This document shows positions 38,004-48,185 of a stretch of DNA of 64,000 bases, piece by piece (within the stretch, counting starts at the first letter, position 1; every line of letters starts with the position of its first letter). The notes beneath the pieces were generated by a model. That model did not search any database. It was not told the origin of the DNA and worked only from the letters and a program-made list of their open reading frames with translations. The stretch spans positions 1,560 through 65,559 of the forward strand of contig JAJDTM010000002.1 of assembly GCA_022827185.1 (NCBI GenBank), written 5' to 3'. The position numbers and the translations under genes are program-made. The DNA is from Candidatus Poribacteria bacterium (GTDB lineage: Bacteria; Poribacteria; WGA-4E; WGA-3G).

Positions 38004-38062
38004 GTAGTAGGCACGCTCCGCCGTGCCGTAACAGGGTAGTAGGCACGCTCCGCCGTGCCGTA
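38004..38062 (+). repeat. Two direct tandem REP copies (gtagtaggcacgctccgccgtgccgt x2)
   Basis: Copies at 38004-38029 and 38037-38062, in the gap between convergent genes. Confidence 0.75.
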
Positions 38063-38067
38063 TACTT

Positions 38068-38871
38068 CTACAACGCAGTGATCTTCTCACGTAAGAAGTT
38101 CGTACAGAAAGGCACCTGTTCTTCCGAAAGTCCGTGCAGCACGACTGCGCCGTCATAACCGCTCTCCTTTAGCAGACCGAGATATTGGTCGTAGTCGAGC
38201 AACCCTGTCCCCGCGGCGAGGTGTCCTGCCTGTCCGTCCGTGTCCAAATCTTTAGCGTGTGCAAGTGCAATGTCGCCGCCGAGCAGTGCGAACGCCTCAT
38301 TAAGGATTTCACGCATCTTTGGCAGCTCACCTTTGTGAAAAATGTTCGCGCCGTCCATACACACCTTTAGGTAAGGGGATTGCATCTCATCAAGCAGGCG
38401 ACGCGCTTTCTGGGCAGAATCAATTACGTTTGCGACTTCAGGTTCAAGTGCAAGCACTACGTCGTATTCCTCCGCCACTGCTAACGCCTGTTTCATGGAT
38501 TCAACGAGATCGCGCCACGCTTCTGGCGTATTGTTGTCAGGATGTGCACGCCACATGCTCTGCGGGTCGCGAGAGCCGGTGCAGAGCGTAATGACCGATG
38601 TTCCGAGCGGTGCGCAGGTCTCCGCGACAGAACGCAACATCCGCAGCCCGGCGTGGCGTTTCTCAACATCAGGGTCAATCATATTATAGGTGCCTGAAAG
38701 TGCAGAAATCGTAATCTGTCGAGCGTCCATCTCTTTGCGGATCTCGGCAATCGACGGTCCCGATGCAGGCACATGATACTGTAGATGATGGACACCGTGT
38801 TCCACAACGGCATTAAGATTCTCGGTGAGTGTTTTTCGGCGAATTGTTCCTTCCATGAGTCCAACGTGCAT
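38068..38871 (-). CDS. Sugar phosphate isomerase/epimerase (xylose-isomerase-like TIM barrel)
   Basis: 267 aa with the AP-endonuclease-2/XylI-like TIM barrel pattern (LALEPE..., HAKD). Confidence 0.55.
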   Translation of the reverse strand: MHVGLMEGTIRRKTLTENLNAVVEHGVHHLQYHVPASGPSIAEIRKEMDARQITISALSGTYNMIDPDVEKRHAGLRMLRSVAETCAPLGTSVITLCTGSRDPQSMWRAHPDNNTPEAWRDLVESMKQALAVAEEYDVVLALEPEVANVIDSAQKARRLLDEMQSPYLKVCMDGANIFHKGELPKMREILNEAFALLGGDIALAHAKDLDTDGQAGHLAAGTGLLDYDQYLGLLKESGYDGAVVLHGLSEEQVPFCTNFLREKITAL

Positions 38872-39109
38872 AAATTTCTCCTACTGAATGATGGTTTGCG
38901 GTAAGTTTAGCGTAAAAAAATAGGAATATCACAGAAAACACAACGATTATACAACACAAAGGATAAGATGACAAGCAAAATGGGGTGTCGCGTCAGAGTC
39001 ATTCAATTGTAGGTTTTGGTGTTTGGTGTTGTATTTTTCGCAGGTGGTAACACTTAATGTATGTTATGTATTAAAACAAAACGCCGAAATTTTCGCTAGA
39101 TTTCGCAGC

Positions 39110-39164
39110 GGATCCTGAAAAAAAGACGTAAAATCGAATAATTTCTTAAAATTGAATGGCCCTG
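39110..39164 (+). repeat. Roughly 55-bp conserved intergenic motif shared with 10866-10920
   Basis: ggatcctgaaaaaaagacgtaaaatcgaataatttcttaaaattgaatggccctgg is about 90% identical to 10866-10920. Both lie about 100 nt upstream of a plus-strand gene. Confidence 0.55.
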
Positions 39165-39267
39165 GTTATCGCGTAGGTGAGTACCACTGAAGTACTTCGC
39201 TATTTTGGTATCTTGACATTATTTCTACATTCATGATACGATACTTTCATTCAGGAGTGCGGAGGTA

Positions 39268-40698
39268 TTGTCTACGATGAACTCGGAATTGATTATCACT
39301 AAAATATGCAACGCTATTGATCTGATGATCGAAAGTAGTAAGCCATATAAAGGGCTGTTCCCATCTATGCTACATCCGAAAACGGGTGAGATGCTAACAG
39401 AAAAACCGCCCAAAATTCCCGGTCAAAGGGATGGTGATCGCGCGCATCTCGGCACGAACTTGATCCACGATGAACCGTTGCTCGCCACAATGAACGTGCT
39501 TGCTGAAACCGAATCGAAACCGGAATACGCCGAAGCAGTGGATCAATACTTGGAACACTTTGCCCAACGTTGCACGCATACGGCGACCGGTCTGTTCCCT
39601 TGGGGTGAGCATTCGTTTTGGCAGCTGATTGAGGAACGTGTCGGGTGTTCTCGGAATCCAGACGGTGGTGCCGCAATTCACGATCATCTGCGTAAGGTTC
39701 CGCTGTGGCTCTGGCAAAAACTGAATACATATAATCCGGCATGTGTGCAAAGTTTCGCCGATGGCTTGGATTATCATTGGACAGAAGGCGACGGACTTGA
39801 ATACATCCGCCATGCGAATATCGACACAAAAGCGCATCTCGTTCGCGGGGGGCGAGCGTGTGATTTTCCACGGCATTCAGGCTTTTATATTTTCGATTTG
39901 GTGTTCGCATATACGCAAGATCAACGTCCTGAAACCCTTCAACAGATCCAGAATTATACCGATTACTGGTGGGAAAAGCGGGACGCGCGTGGGCTTTTAC
40001 GTATTGAGAGTCGTTCACCCAAAGAGGCAGAACGGTTTTTTGAGATGAATGCGCCGACGCAGACGTTCTCATTAGGGGTAAGTCTGCTTGAATCCGCAGC
40101 ATTGATAGAATCACTTCTCCCTGAATTGGCGGATCAGATGCGGCGATACGGCTTGGTTTACATTGACGGATTTCTCGCCGCCCCGCACAACCTCGAAACA
40201 CGTGAATTTATCAGTTTATGTGAGTGTGAGACGGATCGGATTGTTGAACGTATGTCCTCTTGGGGAAGCGTCTACGGTTCGGGAACTGTGTGCAGCACAG
40301 GGGTGCTATGTCTTGCAGGATGGCGATTGACGCAGAATGAAAGGTTGATGGAATACGCACGCGCCGTTGGCAGTACCTATCTTGATGAGAAATTTCCGGT
40401 TGACCAAGTTCACGCGGAGGCGTTCAAGATTCCAGCATCGGATGCGGGTCTCACACTTGAATTGTTTGCGGATCTCTACGACATCACCGGTGAATCGGTG
40501 TGGTTGGATGGTGGCATTGAACTTGCGGAGACAGTGTTGGAGGTCTATTTTCCCGATACGCTTCCATACGGTGCATCTGCGATTGATTGGTATGAATCAC
40601 AGATGGGGGCAGCGTTCCTGATTCACGGTTTGGCTCGAGTGGCACTGCTATCACTTCATCAAACATGTCCGCTTGCACCTAATTACACGGCGCGATAG
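39268..40698 (+). CDS. Hypothetical protein (476 aa), possibly alpha-helical toroid glycosidase/lyase-like
   Basis: Long ORF with good coding periodicity. No motif recognised. Confidence 0.4.
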   Translation: MSTMNSELIITKICNAIDLMIESSKPYKGLFPSMLHPKTGEMLTEKPPKIPGQRDGDRAHLGTNLIHDEPLLATMNVLAETESKPEYAEAVDQYLEHFAQRCTHTATGLFPWGEHSFWQLIEERVGCSRNPDGGAAIHDHLRKVPLWLWQKLNTYNPACVQSFADGLDYHWTEGDGLEYIRHANIDTKAHLVRGGRACDFPRHSGFYIFDLVFAYTQDQRPETLQQIQNYTDYWWEKRDARGLLRIESRSPKEAERFFEMNAPTQTFSLGVSLLESAALIESLLPELADQMRRYGLVYIDGFLAAPHNLETREFISLCECETDRIVERMSSWGSVYGSGTVCSTGVLCLAGWRLTQNERLMEYARAVGSTYLDEKFPVDQVHAEAFKIPASDAGLTLELFADLYDITGESVWLDGGIELAETVLEVYFPDTLPYGASAIDWYESQMGAAFLIHGLARVALLSLHQTCPLAPNYTAR

Positions 40699-40805
40699 GC
40701 GCACTGAAATTACGAGGCAAGGATTAGCCTGCCTTTTTTTGTTTGTTAACAAATTTTATCAGCGGAGATTATTGGATCTCTGCCTAAAAATGTGAAAGGA
40801 AAATT

Positions 40806-41582
40806 ATGGCAAGAGTACCGATTGGTTTAGAACTGTTTTCTGTCCGAAATGAGTTAGCAGAGGATGCCCGCGGCACGATCAAAGCGGTCGCAGAGATGGG
40901 GTACGAAGGCGTTGAATTCGCGGGTCCGCCCCGACATCCCGCACAAGAGTTAAAAGGCTATCTTGACGAGTTCGGCTTAGTCTGCTGTGGTTGGCACACG
41001 CCGTTCAACCTCGTCCAAGAAGACACACTCGCTGAAACGATTGAATTCAACAAGGTTTTGGAGAACCGTTATGTCATCGTTCCGGGGATACCGGGTGAAC
41101 TGCGTCAGTCGCGAGCAGATTGGTTGAAGTTGGCAGAGGTCTTCAATGGGATCGCCGACAAACTCGCCGCACACGATATGGTGACAGGGTATCATAACCA
41201 TCACGTCGAATTTACACCGCTGGATGGCGAACAACCGTGGGACACCTTCTTCGGGAATACGAATGACGGCGTTGTGATGCAGTTGGATATGGGGAACGCA
41301 TTATCTGGTGGTGCCGATCTCGTCGGTATTTTGGAGCGATACCCGGGACGTGCTGGCACAGTCCATCTAAAACCTTACACCGAATCGATAGGTGAGACGG
41401 ACAGACACGCCGGTTTCCGTCCTATTATCGGTGAGGACAGTGTGCAGTGGGACGAGATCTTCCGTATCTGTGAGACGACCGGTGGCACGGAGTGGTATAT
41501 TGTTGAATATGAAAGCGATGCCTACCCACCGCTTGAGGCTGTTGAACGCTGCCTAACCGCATTGAAGGAAATGGGTAAATAG
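40806..41582 (+). CDS. Sugar phosphate isomerase/epimerase (xylose-isomerase-like TIM barrel)
   Basis: PIGLELFSVRN...GYEGVEFAG N-terminus typical of XylI-like TIM barrel proteins. Confidence 0.6.
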   Translation: MARVPIGLELFSVRNELAEDARGTIKAVAEMGYEGVEFAGPPRHPAQELKGYLDEFGLVCCGWHTPFNLVQEDTLAETIEFNKVLENRYVIVPGIPGELRQSRADWLKLAEVFNGIADKLAAHDMVTGYHNHHVEFTPLDGEQPWDTFFGNTNDGVVMQLDMGNALSGGADLVGILERYPGRAGTVHLKPYTESIGETDRHAGFRPIIGEDSVQWDEIFRICETTGGTEWYIVEYESDAYPPLEAVERCLTALKEMGK

Positions 41583-41643
41583 CGGTCAGCAAGAGAAGCT
41601 CGCGGCAGTTATGAGATATAAGCGTCAATTTAGCAGTGCCTTC

Positions 41644-41681
41644 AGGCCCGGTAGGTTCGGTTTCCTAACCGAACCGGGCCT
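41644..41681. repeat. Imperfect hairpin aggcccggtaggttcggtttcctaaccgaaccgggcct, the intact version of the split element at 10750-10866
   Basis: Two arms ggcccggt..gttcggtt / aaccgaaccgggcc. Located just after the 40806..41582 stop. Confidence 0.55.
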
Positions 41682-41810
41682 GAGACACAAACTGTGTATA
41701 TTCCAAAATTTTCTTGAGTCCCGTAGGGACGCTATGTTTATAGCAGCTTTCAAGCAAAGCTCAAGCCCTGTAAGGGCGGCATGTTTATATCTATGTGAAA
41801 AATCACTAAA

Positions 41811-42590
41811 TTGACCTATGGGGTAAAAATTATGAGAACCTATTGTGCAAGCACCCTCCCCTTTTCCTCTTTTCCTTTGACGGAGTTTGTTGGCGAGTTA
41901 TCTGAAGGTGGTGTGTCTGCTATTGAACTTGCCCAACCCCATTTTTCAGATGTGGCAGCCGAAACTATCGCCGAACTTCGAGAAGAGACAGGGGCCCGTT
42001 TCAAATCTCTGCTAAGCACGGTGCGAGTTGACGCACCAGACGGGATTGAAGCACTCATCTCGATTCTTGACACTGCCGAAAGACTTTCCATTCCAATCGT
42101 CAGCATCGCGAGTGGTGGCAATGAAACCGCCACGGCTCGTGAGATTGAAACGATTATTGAGCATCTCAAAACGGTCACCGAGGAAGCGGCGGCTCGCAAT
42201 CTGACCCTCGTCCTCTATGCGCACGAAGGGAGTCTCGCCTACAACCTTGAACGCACACAGCAGATCCTCAACGCGATCCCTTCCGAAAACTTTGGCTTTT
42301 ACTACAGCCCCTATCATTTCCATCGCGCTGGAGATGATCCCGTTGTTGCCTTGCAAACGTTGTCAGAACGGCTGGTGAGCGTCTATTTCAACTGCGGTGT
42401 CGATTCGCAAACAGGTAGCGAACCGTTCTGGGCACCGGAAATGGATTTCCCTGCTATCTGTCAGGAGATAGACCGCGTCGGTTACACCGAAGAAATCATG
42501 CTGATCTATTTAGGATTGAACGCGGAAACCCCACAACCGATTGTTGATGGGGTCTTAAACGCGCGTGCGAAGTTAGAAACCTACTTTTAA
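41811..42590 (+). CDS. Xylose-isomerase-like TIM-barrel protein
   Basis: 259 aa. GVSAIELAQP and YAHEGSLAYNLE resemble sugar-phosphate isomerase/epimerase family members. Confidence 0.45.
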   Translation: MTYGVKIMRTYCASTLPFSSFPLTEFVGELSEGGVSAIELAQPHFSDVAAETIAELREETGARFKSLLSTVRVDAPDGIEALISILDTAERLSIPIVSIASGGNETATAREIETIIEHLKTVTEEAAARNLTLVLYAHEGSLAYNLERTQQILNAIPSENFGFYYSPYHFHRAGDDPVVALQTLSERLVSVYFNCGVDSQTGSEPFWAPEMDFPAICQEIDRVGYTEEIMLIYLGLNAETPQPIVDGVLNARAKLETYF

Positions 42591-43064
42591 TTGCAGGTAC
42601 TTTATTGTCCCATTCCACACGTTACACGAAAACGACAGATAAAAACGGGCAAAATGTTGGGAACTTTGCTTCTCACGTTGTGCATCATGTATGATCATAC
42701 TTGTGGTTTCTCAAAACCCAATGCCAACGTGCTGTTTGTTTTCTCCAAATTTCTTTAGTATATTCCTATAATTACTCCCGTCTCTCAAAAAAATCCTTTC
42801 AAAAGTGTCCAAACGTCTTTCAGGGACATCCATTGTGTGTTTCCCTCCGTAATCGGGGTTTATCCTGCGTTCAGAACCCGATACTCGCAGAACAACTTCT
42901 AAAAATCCTGATTTTTTTGTTATTTTTTTCAAATGATGTGAGTTTTCCGTCCAAAACTTCGTCTTTAATAATAGAAGGTATGAACCGTATCGCCCTACGT
43001 AGTTTTACAAGACCCGGCATCTGATTAAGCCTTTCGGCGGATACGGACACGCCCCAACTGTTTA

Positions 43065-45602
43065 TTGGAAGGACACCTCGTGGAAAAAGAAAATGATGTT
43101 CAACTGATTCAAAGAATATTATCAGGCGATGAAGCAGCGTTTGATGTCTTGGTCCAAAGGCACCAGAAGAGTGTGCACGCCTTGGCGTGGCGGAAGATCG
43201 GCGATTTCCATGATGCTGAGGAGATTACACAGGACACATTCTTTCAGGTATACAAAAAACTCCCGACACTCACGGACCCTTATAAATTCGCTGGATGGCT
43301 GTATGTCATCACAAATCGGCTTTGTATTGATCGGATGCGGCAGAAAAATCTTACGATACAATCGTTGGAGGACACACCTGTGGAAGAAGTTGAAAAATCT
43401 TCTTATACCCATCACGTATCGGAACAACGGCATACAGAAATCACCGAGCGTCGCCGTGCTATCGTCAAAAAACTTCTTGAAAAACTCCCAGAGAGTGAAC
43501 GGACAGTTATGATCCTCCATTATCTCGGCGAAATGACGGTGAAAGAGATTAGCAAGTTCCTGGGTGTCTCTGCAAACGCAATTCATAACCGGTTGTATCG
43601 GGCACGAAAGCGGTTACAAGAGGAAGAAGCATTCCTTATTCAAGAAGTTCTCAGCAGCGTGCAAATACCAACGAGTGTAGGTCAAAACATTATGCAGCGG
43701 GTCGCTGACATAAAACTCACGCCGCAAACAACGCCAAAACCCGTTATTCCGTGGATCGCTTTCGGTACCGCTTTCCTTCTGCTCGCCTTACTCTTTGGCA
43801 CGAGCAATCAATACCTCACCCGTTTTCAGAGACCCTATAGTTTCGAGGCGGCATCTGAACCGACCATTGCTATCATTGACGCACCCGTCGTTCTTGAGAC
43901 AGACGCGAAACCCGCACTGCGAAGTCAAGTTGGACAGGATACCGCCTTAAATCAAAGAACTGGTGCAGGCTTACATGGATCTGAAACTGTCTCAACAACC
44001 GAGTTACCGATGCAGTCAGAAAATATTGAGGCATGGATGCCAGATGAAAATCTACGTCGGGCTATCAAATCTGAACTCAAACTTGGCGATATTCCGCTCG
44101 AGATAGCACATCTCCAGCAGCTCGAACGGTTACTCAGTATTGATGGCGGCATAGAAAGTATTGTGGGTTTAGAACACGCTGTTAATCTTAAATTTCTACA
44201 TCTTGCGCCCAACAAAATCTCGGATCTCACACCACTCGCAAACCTACACAACCTTCGGACACTGAAACTCTATCTCAACAGACTCGTAGACGTTTCACCC
44301 CTTGCGGGATTAGTAGGTTTAGAGACTTTGCATCTACAAAATAACAGGATCGTTGACATCTCACCCCTTGCCGGACTCGTCAACCTAAGGGATTTACAAC
44401 TCAATGGCAATCACATCGAATATTTTTCACCGCTCGCCGGATTAACAAAACTTCAGGTACTTAGGATTAACGACAACAGAGGCATCGATATTTCATCTGT
44501 CCCGACATCCAGTCTGACGGAATTTCTGTATGATCCGACCTTTAATATCCCAGAGATTCCGAACCGTGACCGGATCATGGCTCGCCAGTATCCATCCGTT
44601 TTCGCAGCTTGGCATAACATCATCAATCTACCGACGCTCTCATGGGACGAAAGATTAGTCTATCACGACTTGTGTTTCTCTAATCCTATGTTCGGGCTTC
44701 ATTGGCGGTGGACTCCTACAAGCATGAAAATCTCTGGGAATTTTCGGACAGCAAAGCAACAGCGAGATACGATGCTCAAAGAGAATCCAAATATGATTTT
44801 TCTCGTCGGGATTTATCACTATGGTACACAAGATACATTCGTTCAGCAGGCTGTTGAAGTTGCCAAATGTGGCATCTATGATGGTATCTTTTTAAATTGG
44901 TGGCAAGGCGATAGAGTTGATGCGAAAGTTGCTATACTGCAGAAAATTCGTGAAGTGGTTAGAGATGATTTTCTCATTATCGTCAACGGACTTCGCTCTA
45001 AAACTCCACACTTAGCTCCGTATGTCAACGGCATATTCATGAAAACGAGACGGTACCATCCACAGGGTTACATCCATACCGAACTTCAAGAGATTGAAAG
45101 TGCTTTGCTATGGTCAGAGAAGAATCTTCGATCTCCACAGATTAATTCCTTAGAGGGTTGGGGGCTCGCTGAAGAACCTCTGGATGCCCCACTTAACCAG
45201 CAATGGATGCGGGTCTTTACAACCTTGAGTTTAACGCATTCTGACGGCTATGTTTCGTATGTAACGGGGATTTCATCGTTAACCCACACACATCATTATC
45301 CCATTTGGGAAGGACATTCCGACGAACACGCACAAGGAAAACTACACGATCATACGCATCAGCACTACTGGTATGATTTCTGGGACGCCGATCTCGGTGA
45401 GCCAGTAGGTGGAAAAGGACAGTTCTACCGCGGTTGCGCTGGATTATTCATCCGCGAGTTTACCAACGGATGGGTCGTCTATAACCGCAGTGGAGAAGCA
45501 CAGCAGATCCAGTTGCCGAGGCAAGCCACCAGTGTCGCGAGCGGTATCACCAGCACATCACACACTGTCCCTGATTTAGACGGTGAGATCTTTGTAAAAT
45601 AG
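43065..45602 (+). CDS. Single-chain fusion: ECF sigma factor, one TM helix, LRR region and a roughly 300-aa conserved extracytoplasmic domain (domain X)
   Basis: Sigma-70 region 2 (DAEEITQDTFFQVYKKL) and region 4 (ERTVMILHYLGEMTVKEISKFLGVSANAIHNRLYRARKRL). TM helix VIPWIAFGTAFLLLALLFGT. LRRs of the 22-aa LxxLxLxxNxIxDIxPLAGL type. The C-terminal domain is homologous to those in 46676..47878 and 48186..50744. Likely start is GTG 43080. Confidence 0.75.
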   Translation: MEGHLVEKENDVQLIQRILSGDEAAFDVLVQRHQKSVHALAWRKIGDFHDAEEITQDTFFQVYKKLPTLTDPYKFAGWLYVITNRLCIDRMRQKNLTIQSLEDTPVEEVEKSSYTHHVSEQRHTEITERRRAIVKKLLEKLPESERTVMILHYLGEMTVKEISKFLGVSANAIHNRLYRARKRLQEEEAFLIQEVLSSVQIPTSVGQNIMQRVADIKLTPQTTPKPVIPWIAFGTAFLLLALLFGTSNQYLTRFQRPYSFEAASEPTIAIIDAPVVLETDAKPALRSQVGQDTALNQRTGAGLHGSETVSTTELPMQSENIEAWMPDENLRRAIKSELKLGDIPLEIAHLQQLERLLSIDGGIESIVGLEHAVNLKFLHLAPNKISDLTPLANLHNLRTLKLYLNRLVDVSPLAGLVGLETLHLQNNRIVDISPLAGLVNLRDLQLNGNHIEYFSPLAGLTKLQVLRINDNRGIDISSVPTSSLTEFLYDPTFNIPEIPNRDRIMARQYPSVFAAWHNIINLPTLSWDERLVYHDLCFSNPMFGLHWRWTPTSMKISGNFRTAKQQRDTMLKENPNMIFLVGIYHYGTQDTFVQQAVEVAKCGIYDGIFLNWWQGDRVDAKVAILQKIREVVRDDFLIIVNGLRSKTPHLAPYVNGIFMKTRRYHPQGYIHTELQEIESALLWSEKNLRSPQINSLEGWGLAEEPLDAPLNQQWMRVFTTLSLTHSDGYVSYVTGISSLTHTHHYPIWEGHSDEHAQGKLHDHTHQHYWYDFWDADLGEPVGGKGQFYRGCAGLFIREFTNGWVVYNRSGEAQQIQLPRQATSVASGITSTSHTVPDLDGEIFVK

Positions 45603-45611
45603 GCACATCGC

Positions 45612-45665
45612 CTGCGGATGTCAACGGCGATGGTGTTGATCCGTGACCTCGTCGCCATCGAAAAT
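45612..45665 (+). pseudogene. Frame-shifted dockerin remnant just 3' of the ECF-fusion stop
   Basis: gatgtcaacggcgatggtgtt encodes DVNGDGV, then a frame break, then DLVAIENN. This resembles the [20 protein letters not shown] dockerin repeats of neighbouring genes. Confidence 0.5.
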
Positions 45666-45721
45666 AATTTGGCGGAGAGACAAGCCAATTCTTACTACTT
45701 ATATGGAGAAGAATATGCCTT

Positions 45722-46567
45722 ATGAAAATTAATGGATTCATATCTACAATTATATTGACCGCATTGCTACTGATTGCCACACTCGGAGGCATCACACACG
45801 CCCAAGACGAAGAAGACTGGCTGCCGGATCCGAACCTCCGGCAGGCTATCCGTGAAGCACTCGATATCCCTGATGAGATACCGATACATCCTGGAGACAT
45901 GGAAGGATTACATGGCCTTCGCTTAATAGAAATAGAACACGATATTAGGAGTTTAAGAGGACTTGAGTATGCCGTGAATCTTAAATTCTTGGTTATCGAC
46001 AGAAGTCAACTCTCAAATTTAACGCCACTGGCGGGGCTTAAGAACTTAGAATTTTTGGTTATTGTTAGAAGTGAAATCTCAGATTTAACGCCCCTTACGG
46101 GACTCAAGAATTTACGGGACTTAAAGTTGCGTGAGAATCGCATCACGGATATTACACCCCTTGCAGGATTGGTAAACTTAGAGTTGCTGGTATTGACCCG
46201 GAATCAAATTGTGGATATAACACCGCTCGCAGGATTGATAAACCTACGACGCTTACAATTGAATCATAACCAGGTAGAAGATATTTCACCACTTCGTAGG
46301 TTGGTGAACCTACAACACTTGCAATTGCAACATAACCAGATCGTAGACATTTCACCGCTTCGCGGGTTGTTATCCCTCAAAGTGTTGAACCTCGGAGACA
46401 ATCCTATTACAGACCTTACACCCATTTACGGACTTGTCGGGATAGAAGCATTAGAGATCCAAGAGATACCTATTGACTTTGAAGAACTTCAGATACTGAA
46501 TCCAGTAGACCGTGTTGTTTGCAATATAGAAAGATCCCCCATACTGCCTCGGATTGAAAACATTTAG
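45722..46567 (+). CDS. Secreted LRR protein, the N-terminal part of a gene interrupted by an in-frame TAG
   Basis: Signal peptide. LRRs homologous to the LRR block of the 43065 fusion. The ORF ends at TAG 46565-46567, and the same frame continues into the next ORF. Confidence 0.6.
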   Translation: MKINGFISTIILTALLLIATLGGITHAQDEEDWLPDPNLRQAIREALDIPDEIPIHPGDMEGLHGLRLIEIEHDIRSLRGLEYAVNLKFLVIDRSQLSNLTPLAGLKNLEFLVIVRSEISDLTPLTGLKNLRDLKLRENRITDITPLAGLVNLELLVLTRNQIVDITPLAGLINLRRLQLNHNQVEDISPLRRLVNLQHLQLQHNQIVDISPLRGLLSLKVLNLGDNPITDLTPIYGLVGIEALEIQEIPIDFEELQILNPVDRVVCNIERSPILPRIENI

Positions 46568-46675
46568 TATCCGTCTATTTTTCAAGCGTGTGGGCTTATT
46601 GTCAACCGTCCGGAACTCTCGTGGGTAGAGCAATTAGCATCCCACGATCTGTTTTTCTGCCGTGGGGAGTTCGGA

Positions 46676-47878
46676 GTGGATTGGATTCAAGCACCAGATC
46701 GCCTGGTTCTCACACTCAGTGAGGCCAAAGTGCGCGCAAAAGAAGGACGCGATCGGAATCCAAATATACTTCTCCTTGCCAGCATAGAATTTTATGGGGC
46801 ATCCCCAGAATCGCCTTATGCACTCAGAGATGAATCGGGAAATGTAATAATAGATCACAAATGGGATGGTGCTTTCGCGGACTTCAGGCATCCTGATATT
46901 CAAAAGAGGTTTATAGAGAAGGCACACGCGATTGCGCGATGCGGGCTTTTTGATGGAATCGCCATAGATCATTGGGGGAAACCTGGACTTGGAGATATGA
47001 CCTTAGAAGAAACTGTTGCCGCAAAAGATCGCATGATACAGGCCATTCGTGATGGTGTCGATGATGATTTCTTGATACTGGTAACGACGACGAACGAGAT
47101 TATTCCGACACAGCATCATGCGGAATATATCAATGGCTTTTTCATGGAAACTATTGAAGGTTATGAGGGCGGTTATACCTACGCAGGACTCGCTCACATC
47201 GAAAACACGCTGCTGTGGGCAGAAAAAAACCTCCGAGAGCCTCAAATAAACTGTTTGGCAGGTAGGGGCGTTAGGAGCGAACTGCTGGATAGTCCGAGAA
47301 ATCTACAATGGATGCGTCTATGGACGACAATGAGTCTGACACATTCTGATGGCTATGTCATGTTTACCATGGGTGGCAACCTTGACCATCCCGCCCACCC
47401 TTTTGAATTTTTGCCAGGTCATGCGGATTGGCATGCACAAGGCAAGCGTCACACTCACCAAAACAGCCACTACTGGTATGATTTCTGGGATGCTCCGCTG
47501 GGTCGTCCGATCGGTGGTGATGAAACCAAAGCACAGTTTTATGAGGATCGCGAGGGGTTGTTTATCCGAGAATTTACTAACGGCTGGGCGGTGTATAATC
47601 GCTCCGGCTCCGAACAACAGATTGAGTTTTCGGAAGAAGTCTCCGGCTGGGACAGTGGGGTGGCGCATCAACGCCAGCATACGTTGGCGGATTTGGATGG
47701 CGAGATTTATTTGAAAGCGGAAACCCCTCCCATTGCGGATGTCAATGGTGACGGGACGGTGAATGTCTTGGATCTGGTTATCGTCGCGAATGCGTTTGGG
47801 GAAGCAGCACCGGATTTGAATGGTGACGGGACGGTGAATGTGTTAGACCTTGTGCTGGTGGCGAATGCGTTTGAGTAG
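46676..47878 (+). CDS. Domain X plus a double-repeat type I dockerin (3' part of the split gene)
   Basis: Homologous to the C-terminal domain of the 43065 and 48186 proteins. Ends [46 protein letters not shown]. Confidence 0.6.
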   Translation: MDWIQAPDRLVLTLSEAKVRAKEGRDRNPNILLLASIEFYGASPESPYALRDESGNVIIDHKWDGAFADFRHPDIQKRFIEKAHAIARCGLFDGIAIDHWGKPGLGDMTLEETVAAKDRMIQAIRDGVDDDFLILVTTTNEIIPTQHHAEYINGFFMETIEGYEGGYTYAGLAHIENTLLWAEKNLREPQINCLAGRGVRSELLDSPRNLQWMRLWTTMSLTHSDGYVMFTMGGNLDHPAHPFEFLPGHADWHAQGKRHTHQNSHYWYDFWDAPLGRPIGGDETKAQFYEDREGLFIREFTNGWAVYNRSGSEQQIEFSEEVSGWDSGVAHQRQHTLADLDGEIYLKAETPPIADVNGDGTVNVLDLVIVANAFGEAAPDLNGDGTVNVLDLVLVANAFE

Positions 47879-48185
47879 GAAACACGCCAAGTTTTTCGCA
47901 GAAATGACCGATTTTCACTGAAAAATGGTGTTCGTGCGTCTAAAATCACATAGGTAGCAAGTTAGGTTATTCTAAAATGTCGAAACACTTGACGAAACTC
48001 AAGAGACTTGAAAAATATCAGCATTAGAATATTCCTTAAATGCTTCTGCTTAACGATTGCAGAAACCTCGCCCTTTAGGGCGGGGTCTATCACGACTTCA
48101 TTATACCAAAAGGGTTCTGTTTATACAAAAAGTTACGCGATTATTTATCAGAGTCACGTTATACAAACGAATGAGGTAAATCCCT

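Larger units (their letters stand above)
45722..47878 (+). pseudogene. LRR, domain X and dockerin gene split by a single in-frame TAG (CAG to TAG at a conserved Gln position); a pseudogene, a sequencing error or read-through
   Basis: Reading through 46565-46567 gives ...[33 protein letters not shown]..., which aligns with ...MARQYPSVFAAWHNIINLPTLSWDERLVYHDLCF... in the 43065 protein. Confidence 0.55.

Noticed and set aside
39365-40201. 278-aa minus-strand ORF overlapping the 39268..40698 gene.
   Set aside because: Entirely antisense to a longer ORF with better coding signal. Its composition is Arg/Ser/Pro-rich, typical of a shadow ORF.
43122-43586. 154-aa minus-strand ORF antisense to the sigma-70 region 2/4 coding part of the fusion gene, and its twin at 61212-61430.
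   Set aside because: Both are the same antisense artefact of the conserved sigma module. No independent support.
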